This document shows, in pieces, positions 11,593 to 27,400 of a stretch of DNA of 64,000 nucleotides. The notes under the pieces are model-generated. The model made no database searches and was not told the DNA's origin. It saw only the letters and a program-made list of their open reading frames with translations. The stretch comes from Vermamoeba vermiformis (Eukaryota): NCBI GenBank assembly GCA_045837725.1, contig JBEWZL010000221.1:1-64000 (forward strand), in the 5' to 3' direction. Position 1 is the first letter of the stretch. Every line of letters begins with the position of its first letter. Made by a program: the position numbers and the translations under genes.

Positions 11593-12189
11593 ACAGATCG
11601 ACCACAAGGGTCGAATTATTGATTATTTATTGATTATTAGCACCTGTTAGTGACGCGCCACGACGTCAACGTCGTTTCAGCGCGAGGTATTTCGGATTAG
11701 TCAAATTTGCACGTGTCAATTTTGAAAGTATTTTTAAAACCGAAGACAGATCGACCACAAGGGTCGATTTATTTATTTGTTGGTATTACAACGTTGTAAT
11801 TACAGCTGACAGTAACGCGCTGCGGCATCTGAGCCGTTCCAGCGCGAGTTATTTCGGATCAGAGCTGATGCGAAAATGGCGCACGGGCTATTTCGCATCA
11901 GTAATTCAACAGAACGACCACAAAGGTCGTTATATTTATTTATTATTGTTAATGAACAACAGATAGTTACGCGCCACGGCCACAACGGCCGTTCAGCGCG
12001 AGTTATTTCGAGGATTGGCAGTCGCGAACTTGGATTCGCAACAGGTCGGCCACAAGGGTCGATTTGTTTATTTAGATAGCTTATTGTTTATTAACACACA
12101 CGCGCCAAACGACAATCAGCGTCGTTCCAGCGCGAGACTCAGCGCACGATCTCAGTAGTCATGCGAATCTCGGTGCAGTGACCGAGATT
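11593..12189. ncRNA. Four-unit array of structured multi-hairpin elements (candidate ncRNA or ssDNA structure)
   Basis: Units start at 11593, 11746, 11909 and 12041. Each has ACAGR-TCGACC-ACAAG-GGTCGA-like hairpin A, an AT-rich linker, ACGCGC-[variable hairpin]-CAGCGCGAG (hairpin B), TATTTCG in three units, and a third variable hairpin. The stems covary. Confidence 0.6.
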
Positions 12190-12689
12190 ATTCAAGGTAA
12201 TAATGTTCCATTAATACTACCAATTAAGTATTCGTAAATCATTAAATATAAATCATTTTTCCGTAGCATTATTTTAATTCGTAATCAATTTTAAATTCGA
12301 ATGTTTAAATCCAAATCTTTGCTTAATTATGGTTTTTATTTAAATTACAATATACTGACATATTATTTATCAATACAGAAACATATAATAATATTGATTT
12401 GCCGATCAAATCGCCTTGATTATTTGTAAAAGAACGAGAACTGCAATCACGTAAGAGTTATTAATCTGTTCGTTTTATTATATATATGGCACTAATTTAG
12501 TTAGCATACAATTCTTTGAGATCTGTGGCGTATTCCAGCTCGTAAGTCATAATTTACTATACAGCACTAATTAATAGAATTCATAGCACTCAAAATGACA
12601 GTGATCACGTTCATGCATTAAGTCGGCTCGTAAGTATTTTTAATGGTACGAATTTGTTTTACGGCCAATATTAGTTGCTATGGCTCGCA

Positions 12690-13903
12690 TTGGACGGACC
12701 CTCTGTGCCGTGCCTTCAACGTCCTCTTCTTCACAACACCTGCGTGACTTGCACTGTCCAAGACTTGGACGCTTGGTGTTGCGTGGCTCGCACCTCCCGG
12801 TTATTGGTGCTATCCTCTACACCGTGCCATCAGCGTGCCACCGTCCAGTTATTGGACGGTCCCCTCAGTGCATGGCTCGTACCGTCCAGTTATCGGACGG
12901 TCCTTCAGTGCATGGCTCGCACCGTCCAGTTATTGGACGGTCCCCTCAGTGCGTGGTTCTCACCGTCCAGTTATTGGACGGTCCTTCAGTGCGTGGCTCG
13001 TACCGTCCAGTTATTGGACGGTCCTCTCTGCATGATCAAGATGCATTTGAGCTCGCCCCGAACGACCGCAACGGTAAGTATTTTTAATGGTACGGATTTG
13101 TATTAACAGCCAATAGTAGTTGTTGTGCCTTGCATTGTCCAGCCGTTGGGCGGACCCTCTGCGCCGTGCCTTCAACGTGACACCGTCCAGTTATCGGACG
13201 GTCCCTCAGTGCGTGGCTCGCACCGTCCAGTTATTGGACGGTCCCTTCTGTGATGTGCCTTCAACGTGACACCGTCCAGTTATTGGACGGTCTCCTCAGT
13301 GTGGCTTGCACTATTCTCGCACCTGTCCAAGACTTGGACGCTTCATTGTGCGTAGCTCGCACCGTCCAGACTCTGGACGCTTCACCTCACACTGGCTGAG
13401 AGTAAGTCCAATTTAATTTACAATTAAGCAGGCAACAATCTGACTGTTCTCTTTAGGACCAAAGTATGCAGGTGTCAGCAACGCTGTCCAAATTCTGGAC
13501 GCTTGGTTGCCTCTGCGTGGTTCGTTGCAAACCGCTAAGTGTTGCACATTTCTCGGGCTTGGCTTGCACGATCCAGTTATTGGACGGTCCCTTCTGTGGC
13601 ACGCCTTCAACATGACACCGTCCAGTTATTGGACGGTCTCCTCAGTGTGGCTCGCACCAAGTCTTGGACTTGTTATTGGTGCAGTGCTCGTGCTGTCCAC
13701 GGTTCACTCTGTACTGTGCCTTTAGTGCAACCGTCCAGTTATTGGACGGACCCTGAAGCTGGACGCTTGGCTGGTACCAAGTGGCTCTGTGTGGCTCACA
13801 GCATACCGTTCGAGTATTGAACACTTTTGAGCTGCATGGCTTGCGCATGCAGAGTCTGTGGACGCTTCTCTTGTTGGCTGTCTGCCTGTCCAAGTCTTGG
13901 ATG
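12690..13903. repeat. Palindromic minisatellite ACCGTCCA-GTTAT-TGGACGGT (40-41-bp unit, with higher-order duplication)
   Basis: Full cores at 12841, 12882, 12922, 12963, 13003, 13183, 13223, 13272, 13618 and 13731, a partial core at 13572, and GTCCA-N5-TGGAC/T variants at 12756, 13325, 13364, 13486 and 13888. Confidence 0.95.
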
Positions 13904-14028
13904 TTTGCCTTGGTAATTACTCATGCCTGCTTGTGGCCTGTCTTGTACCTTGTACCACCCTGTACACCCTTTGTACTTTTAAATTAAAAGTTTATTTTTT
14001 ATAAACAGCTAGTGCACTGAGGTTGCGG

Positions 14029-14045
14029 CCTAGCCCCAACCCTAA
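14029..14045 (+). repeat. Degenerate interstitial telomeric remnant
   Basis: cctagccccaaccctaa reads as three degenerate CCCTAA units, in the same orientation as the terminal telomere and just after the repeat zone. Confidence 0.45.
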
Positions 14046-14280
14046 TCTTTATAAAGTGAAAGAGATCAGCAAGGTCATTTCATGCAACCCTATTAGTATC
14101 TCAAGTTGTTTATACTGGTATCCTTTGCTTATTATTAACTTCATACACAACTTACTAACTTGTATTCCAGCTGTAAAACATCTGTACTGTAAAAATAAAA
14201 AGTGTATAACTTCTAAATTTTTCTGGATTTTGTCAAAGGGCATGGGGCATGTCCATTTTTTTCCAGGTATATGTGAACTC

Positions 14281-15857
14281 ATGCACGCCAATCCAATGCA
14301 GCAAGTTTGAGTTCAATAGCTTGCCTAGTAACAAAGTTATAGCAGCAGTTGTAAAGCATTTATTAGAGCAGCAGGATAAGGCATATATGTACGTAGCTAT
14401 GCCAAACCATATATTCTTATAAACCGTTCAATATTAGGCTCAAATAACGGCTGATCAGTGTCTCACTGCATATCGCCAAAACCCGAAATGGAAAGGCGGT
14501 GAACCGCACCTTGAGTGGATTAAAACACTAAAGATCAAAGGGACATTCACGGAACAGCAATACAAGAACGCTGCCAGGCACGTAAGTTTAAATTCTTGGA
14601 ATCTAGATCGACTACTCATCATTCTATTGCTTCAGGTAGCAGCCACATGGAGGCGTTACCGTAATAGCAACAAGACAGTCATCATTCAAGCCACTTACAG
14701 CGATATATGGGGTACTGATGAGTTTCCTGTTGCAATAACGGATCGAAATCTGGAGCCGTTTTTCAACTCCGAGTCTGGTGCTGCTCAGCTCCAACGCTGG
14801 ATCCTAAAGAAGCTAATGAAGATTAGCGACAGTAATTTGAGCATAACGACACCGCCGGCTCTTTACGTAGCGTGGATCAGGCAAAAATTCATCAAACTAC
14901 GCAGTGAGTCCAAAACGGTTATTAGCAATACTTTATTAATATATGATAGGGTGATTCAAGGACCAAAAGGAGATGTATGCTGAATTGCGACTGAAGATGA
15001 AGGAGCTAGAAGGGCAACACGCCGAACAAGAGCTGCTGCGGGATTTCAAGGGATCTTTGGAAAAAGAAGAAGAGGAAAGAGTACCGAACAACAACAATGG
15101 TAAGAAGAGTCCCAAGGCTGGCAAAAGAAAACGAGACTTGGTCAACAAGAAGATCCGAGATGAACTTGACGAAGAGGAAGATCTTACGCCCAAGAAGTCG
15201 ACATCGCGAAAGAAGGCAAAGTCTACAAAGGCGAAAGAAGGCCAGTCTCCTGAAAAGCCACTGAAGACAAGCAAGAAGAAAACAAAGAAATCTACAAAGA
15301 CGACAGAAGACGCGCCTCTCCTTGTTCAACTACCCGGATCCGACAAGTCAGTGACTTCAACAACCGAGAAGCCCACTGACGAAGCAGCGCCTGTTAAGAA
15401 AACCATCAACAAGCCCAAAGCTGTGCCGCCTCAAAAAGCGAAGCCCGTGGCAATGAAAAATCAGGACAACAACCACGACTTGGACTTTACTTTTGCGTTC
15501 TCGATGCCTTCATCGCCAAAGGTCAACAAAAGAACCAAGAAACAAGCGGAAGAGAAGGAGAAGAGGGGTGTAGAAGAGAACGTGGAGCCTCAGGCGATGG
15601 CTCGAGCGACAAGATCCCAGAGTGCGACCGTTACAAGCAACGATAAATCCAAAAAGAGTAAGTATTAATAATAATGTACATATTTTATTATTATTCTAAC
15701 ACTATTTTATCGAGGAACTGCTCGCGATGCCAGCTTGAGCGAATCTACTTCAAACACACAAAAGAAAAAACAGAAATCGGTAAATCCTTCATAAACCGTT
15801 ATTTTATTTCATATTATTAATTCTATTACTTTTACACTATAGACCTCTCCGTAGTTG
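14281..15857 (+). CDS. Hypothetical multi-exon protein with a long Lys/Glu-rich low-complexity C-terminus; both ends uncertain
   Basis: Exons near 14438-14581, 14636-14903 and 14950-15656 with GT-AG introns; ORF 14973-15668. Confidence 0.55.
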
Positions 15858-15879
15858 CCATCGTGGTACTCTAGTGTTG

Positions 15880-18800
15880 TTGGTTTGGGAGAAGGAACAA
15901 GATCAAGACATTCAGTGCATCTTAATTGAAATTTCATTCAATTTGTGCCTGAGACTAGTCCACAGATAGTCAAAGACAAAGCCCACAAGGTGCTTGAGGC
16001 AAAATTTAAAGCGAACAAAGGTGTCATGGCAGTCAGACTAGCATTGGCACTTGGGTTTTGCAAGTTGTATGTGTCAGGAAGATATGTAGACCTAGAAATT
16101 CTTGGGCACTTAATGATGAAGGCCATAGTGGATGTGTTTGAATCAGCAGAGCCAATTAAACATCTTTTAAATTGCTTTTTTAAGAGGAAAGCTTCTTTTC
16201 TCTCTGAATTCTGACAACAATAGTTTCACAGCAAAGATTTTCAGCTCAGTTTTCAACCTGGCCTTTAAACAAGTGCTGCAGTTGGTGATCAACAATGGGG
16301 AGCCTATTCAATTACTCCTATTGTTCTACGCTGAATTGATCGTCAATCCATTGCAAAAAAGTGATGTTTGTATGTTTGCAATACAACAATTGGCCTCTGC
16401 AGGTATTAAACAGCACCATAAATCATTTATATTAACGTTAATTGTGGTCCAGGTGGGCTCAATAAAAACTCCATCGGAACCATTAAAAATTTACTTTGGT
16501 TGGCACCAAATAAAACAGAGGTTGCTCAACGGTGTGAAAACTTACTTGGCAAACAGCACAAACAAGTCAAGCTCCATTATACAAAGTTAATTAAATTTCT
16601 CACAGAATCAAAATCGCAAACACAAGTTAACTCACGAAAATAAGAGTCTGTTAATCAGGCACAATTTGGAATCAAAAGATGCTTGTCATTACAAAAAAAC
16701 AGAAAACACAAAATAAATAAGTTTAAGTTGCATCTACCTTTCCTCGCTCTGACTTTGCCCCCACTTTGCAGTCTCACTGAATATTGTTGCACTATGCTGA
16801 CTCAAAGAGGACATTCTCATTTTTCTTCTTTTGTAAGTGCTTATTTAACATACATACGTCAATAATATAACTGTAGAATCATATTATCCTGGGTTCCATT
16901 TTCTGGTCCAAACATTTTAAATACTAAGCGATGTTTACTAGAATGCAAGCCAATAAGGCTTTCTATACACTGAATAATTGCATGTTTTGACAAATAGAAT
17001 GATAAAATAATCCTTTTTAACTATTAAAAAGTACATACATCCAACATTACTTTTCCTTCTTTTTTCTGGCAGCATTCCCAAACTCTTTTCCCAGCAAAAC
17101 AGTTTATATAATTCATTTGAAATATATTGTACATGGTTACTGATATTGGGTAACGGAAAATCAGAAATAAAAATTTGGGCAACCAGCAAATGCCCAGAAA
17201 ACAACAGTGCAAAGCAACTTAAAAGAGGGCATCAGCCCCAAATACTTTTCCACCATGAACACAACAAAACAAGGGGATCATGGCTCCCATCATCTGTAGA
17301 GCTATGGCACCAACCATTTGCAGCAAAACAAAAAGAAGTTCCTCTCCAATTGGTAGAGTCCTTCCAAGAGCTCCTCTCTGGAACTCACTGGCTTGCTCAT
17401 GATAGTTAGAAATGTAGTTTGGCAAAATTGCGTTGTTACAGTCAAACAGTAAAGTTTTATTGTGGTTTGAGGCCACATGCTTGCCGATAATTATGTCCAT
17501 ACCACTTTCTCAGATAGTTGCTAATGATAGTGCAGCCACCTCTAAGAAGTGACCCAATCCCTTCGATTACTCAGTACTTGCCAGCTACAGAAATGGATGA
17601 AAATGAAATCAATATGCACACCTTGATATGGCTTTGCCCCACATTACATGAGTTCTTGCTGCAGCAACAGGTAAAATCCTGTTGGGAAGACTCCATCCCC
17701 ATTTGGCCAAAAGTCTTAGTTACAAAGGTAGAAATTCAGTGGTGGGATAACACTAACTTGTATTTAACTCGGGTGAAGCTGACTTCATTTACACTAACTT
17801 CAAAAGAGATAAATAGACTGAGTGTTCAGTGATTAACTCTTGTTAAGCTAATTAAAAAAGTACGTCATAATTGTCCCCACTGTGTGCATCAATTTGTAGC
17901 ATAGAAATTTGTATGACCTATCACCCAAGAGCTTACAACTAGCATGACCTTGAAGTACTTGACACCTAAACTTTTCACAGTGTGTGTGCATATCTCGAAG
18001 TATCCCAAATTCCGGCAATATTAGGCAACAAATAGATAGAGATAGGAGGCGGCAGATTAACTTCAGCAGAGCAACGGAAAGCCAAGATGCTGCTTGTATC
18101 ATCCTCGACTGCACCCTGTAGCTTTCCAGTCCTTGACTGGTGACAGTCTAACTGTCAAACAATCTAATCTTGGAAAAAAAAAGAGACATCAGTTGTATTA
18201 ATTTGTACTTTATTGATAATAAAAGATCAAGATCAACCAAAAAACATTCCTTCATAATTATTTGCCAATAGAAAAAACGTTGATTCATTTGATTCTATGG
18301 CTGATTCTTCTTGAGATCCTCAGGAACAAAGTAAGTAGATTCTGTATAATTAATATATTATTAACTAACTAATTGTAATCAGAACTCACTCATTTTTGGC
18401 AGAGTGGTGATTGAGAGATCTGTTGGTTTGTCCAACACATTCTTCTCCATGAGAAGAACTCACACTTCCAATCTCTTTCATTGCTCATTGCAGGCCTTCA
18501 TTCCATCTTCTAGCTGCAACAACTTCTCAAACAGCTTGAAAACCTTTCACTAGGTTCGCAGGTAACCTCAACATAAAAGTCTGCTCCTGTTCCATCATGG
18601 TGTCCACAGCAGTGCAGCAAGCCTTCATGATGAGTGGCAGCAAGTGATCGTTGCCTGTTATGATGTATCCTTGGGACTGTGTCAGAAAGGCCAGTTCCTT
18701 TATCATTTTTTCCTTGCCGGAGATCACAGTGGTGGCCCTGTCGTCGACACAGATCCAAGCAGGAATCGAGAGAGCCAAGAACTAGGCTCTCAATCTCTTG

Positions 18801-19030
18801 GCAAGAGTCTCGAATGCTTCCCAACCCATGAAAGGTAAGTCAGTTTTAATCGAATAATCGTCAGGCTTACCTGTTCTGTCCTCTCACAGCAGAGCATTTG
18901 GTAGACAGATTTCATGTCAAAGACACACCAAAAAAGCCTCACATTGTCCTTATCAAACCTAACCCTTAGCTGGTACATTGAGCGAAGTACCTTGAAAACT
19001 ACCGAACTACTGAAGTTTTTCATCATGCAA
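15880..19030. pseudogene. CpG-depleted decayed coding or transposon-like relic(s), identity unknown
   Basis: Only broken ORFs (e.g. 18790-19026 and 18527-18778, interrupted by stops and frameshifts); CG dinucleotides are scarce and TG/CA abundant. Confidence 0.35.
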
Positions 19031-19350
19031 TTTGTTTTATAAGCCGTTAGGTAAGCTTTTTACAATAAAAACTTTAATACTGCAAAAATAATCATTATTT
19101 TCTTACTTTAAAGAGCTTTTCGTAGGCCTATACCAAAAATATTTTATAGTAGTGATACTCTATAATAAAATATACTAATAACTCACACCATTAGCATCAT
19201 GTCATCATAAATGCCCTCGTTGGTGAGATCGATAGGATTATTCCTAAAGTACAACACATAAGATTTGACAAAGTATTTTTTAAAACTAAAGACTCATGGA
19301 TCTTGCCATATCTTCACAAAAGTGAGAAGGTTTTGTTTGTGCACCCAGTT

Positions 19351-24339
<4,989 letters not shown>

Positions 24340-24438
24340 CTTAATTAAATCACAAAATTTGCGGTTGGTTCGCAAAACGGTTGCCGATCGGAAAAATATT
24401 TTTTACGGTTTTTACAGATCTGCACCGGCAGGCAGTCC

Positions 24439-27400
24439 TTATAGGCGCGAAGAGAATAATCGAGTTAAGAACAAAGTAAAATTATCTTCGTTAATGGACG
24501 GACACTCCAGATTAGGCAATAACGATTTCACGCTCGAATCGTCGTATTCCTGCTCGTCTGTAAAAGAACGGTTAATCAGGTTAAGAAGTGGGAAATAATC
24601 TTTCATACCGCTAGGAATATCGCTTGTAAACATTCGTAAATGCTGCAAAACCTTGCGAAGGAACGGATCTTTAGCGTGAACTGCGCAATCTTGAACCACG
24701 CTACTCCACGTGCTAATATCGACTGTATTCTCTGGCATGTTGTGCATTTTTTCTGCCCATTGGCTGGCCTCCAATCCCCATTTTGATTGCTTGGGCGAAT
24801 GCTTAGCAATGAATTTCAGGAGTTGCAAGTACGAGATCTTGCGCGGGTTGAAAAGATCGAAATCACCCCCTTGTAAGTTGTTTGGTGGAAGCTGACCAAT
24901 CATTGCAATAACACGGGCAACTGTATTCGGTTAATTAAGTCACAACGATATTCTTTACGCACCATAATCAACGCTAGCCAGCGACAAGGCATAATTAGTT
25001 CGATCCGGGAAGCACTCTGCATAAATGCTACCAAGAATGAGGTCATGCACCCAATCCTTGTCATTGTATCCGCCAGTGATATGTGAGTAAGAGACCATTC
25101 CTAAACACGTCAGGTTCAAGCGTCATTACCAAATTGAGGATTACCTGGTCTGAAGATGTTCACCACGAATCCTCTCGTGCGGGCACGCATCAATAAACGT
25201 TCCGATACCAGTTTAGTTGCATTGTAGCCACCAAGTCTGTTTACCATTTCGGGATCTAACTGAGCGTCCACCGATACGACTGTGCCAAGTGTTGAGACGA
25301 AGTTGAGCACTTTTTTTGATCCGTGTGCAGCGAACTTTAAGACTTCGTGAGTAGCTACCACATTGGACTTTCTGAGAGAAGAGTAAGGAAGCACATGGTT
25401 GACCTCAGCAGCCGCGTGATATATAGTAGAGACATGTGCTGATAGGTCGTCGTAATCATCTTGAAACAAGCCAAACATGGGTGCAGAGGAGTCTCCTGAG
25501 AAGGCTGTTACACGTGACAAGTCACAGCGTTCGTCCAAATAATAACTTTTGAGGGTGTCTCGCAGCCGCTTTGTGGCCATGTCGTTCGAAGAGGCTCGAA
25601 TCAAACAATAGACATGAGTGCGAGTACTGCTCAAAAGCTCGTGCAATAAGAAGGCGCCAACAAATCCAGTAACACCTGAAAGCTGGTTAATACGAATCAT
25701 CGTGCACGTACTCGCTTACCTGTTAGTAATACATCTTGGCCCTCGGGTGTAATGTCGTTTGGTTTCAACTCTTCGCCAAGCTGAATATCCTTCTGAATCT
25801 GAAACCACTGCTACATGTTAGAATGTAAATTAAGGATTCAAAGACTTGCCTCATTTTGTTGCGAAGGCTCTCCTGACGTCTTCTGTTTTTTAATGAAATT
25901 GAATATTTCGTCGAGATTGTTATTCAAAATCAACTCAGGCGGCACCGTAAACTGCATGGTCTGCTTGATTAGTTGTGAAAACTTGACGGCATTCAGAGAA
26001 TCTCCTCCAATTTCTGTGAAGCTGGCCGAGGACGATTTACTCTTAAAACCAAATACTGCTTCAAATATTCTGCATCCAAATTAGCGGTTAATTAGCACTT
26101 AACTGTAAACTTACGCCTGCAGATTTTCCTTCTCTCGCTCTTCTTCTTGCTTCTCTAGTATTGCATTGATTGCGGCTTTGTAGTGACGCTCGAGTTTAGG
26201 ACGACACTTTCTGAAAACAGTGGTCAGTGAGAACAACACTATGGCAATACCACGTACTTAGTTGACGAGGTCATGAATCCGTTTTCGGCAGTCCATTTAG
26301 TAGGCTCTATGATGATGATATTTGGAATCTCAAAGGACCTCAGGTTCTCAGTCACAGCCACTTCATTGAGTGCTGCGATGATTCGTTCTCGCAACGCTGC
26401 AGATTGGCATATCTCTTCGTATGATTTGCCTAAAGCTATTAACGACTATGACGCGGACATTAGATTCGAGTTACCTTTCGTCTCGTCCTCTTTTGGCCAG
26501 TTTTCGATCAGTTGCTTGTTGGGCACAATTATCGCGGCCACGCCATTTTGAGAATAATGAACGTCACCGGATGTTATGAATATTTGATCGATTAGCGGGA
26601 TGGATAAAAACATGGCTTCCAATGGCTCGGGGGACACAAATTCACCCTAATACCGTATGAGCTAATTTGAATCCACAACATCAAACGCGTTACCTGTGCG
26701 AGCTTGAAGATGTTCTTCTTTCGGTCTATGATCCTGACTTTGTTCAATCCAATCAACTCAACAATGTCGCCTGTTCTGAACCAGCCTTCTTCATCGAACT
26801 GCTTTTTGGTTTCTTCTTCGTTTTTGTAATAACCTGGAATCATCGTTTGAGTCTTGACGTACAATTCCCCTCGAGGATACGGCTTGTCGCTGAATGAGGG
26901 TCAGTGCGTGCACTACAATATTAACACATACGTTTCGAAATAACCAAGTTCAGGTACATCGACGAGTTTGATTTCAACTCCGGTATGCATCGAGCCATCA
27001 CTTGCAGCCAACGATCCCACTTCTGTAGTGCCGTAGCCTTCATCAAAACGGCACTGTTTAAAACACTCCTTCACCCATGCCCGAACTATAGGGCTGAACG
27101 CAGCACCGCCTGCTCGTAATTCCTTGATTCTTGTGCCAAATACTTTTGAAAACTGTTCCAATAGCTGGTTCAAATTATTAAATAGACTTTAGGCCTTAAT
27201 TATTCGATGAAATTACCTCGGTGCGTATTTTTATGGCCTCACTTTCCGTCAATTCTTCGCCCTTTTCTAGTTGCTTCTGTGCGTTAGCAATCGCCAAAGC
27301 TTTCTTGAACTGATTGTAAACGACGTCGAAAAATCTCGGAGTTCCATCCAAGAAGACTGGGTTGATAAGGGGAATGTCGTCGTAGATCTCTTCCGGGTTT

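Larger units (their letters stand above)
1..14045. mobile_element. Candidate telomere-terminal element (orphan genes + Nei-like gene + palindrome arrays)
   Basis: Bounded by telomere-type repeats, with content unlike the housekeeping region and a long structured non-coding block. No TIR, TSD or known transposase was seen. Confidence 0.4.

Noticed and set aside
11863-11901. Hammerhead ribozyme (CTGATG..GAAA)
   Set aside because: CTGATGCGAAA is fully paired in a stem, lacks the CUGANGA-stem-GAAA topology and occurs in only one unit.
12841-13749. CRISPR array
   Set aside because: The sequences between the palindromic cores are near-identical rather than unique spacers, there are no cas genes, and the context is eukaryotic.
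12675-13987. Repetitive ORFs (TVQLLDGP / PSSYWT / RPVIGRS) as proteins
   Set aside because: All three frames are open simply because the 40-41-bp repeat lacks stops, and unit lengths do not preserve frame.
16900-18120. Non-LTR retrotransposon (LLFDC resembles a zf-RVT end)
   Set aside because: No RT (YADD) or endonuclease motif was recoverable; kept only as an unidentified relic.
18955-18968. Second interstitial telomere remnant (aaacctaaccctta)
   Set aside because: Only about two imperfect units inside a decayed ORF, so plausibly chance.
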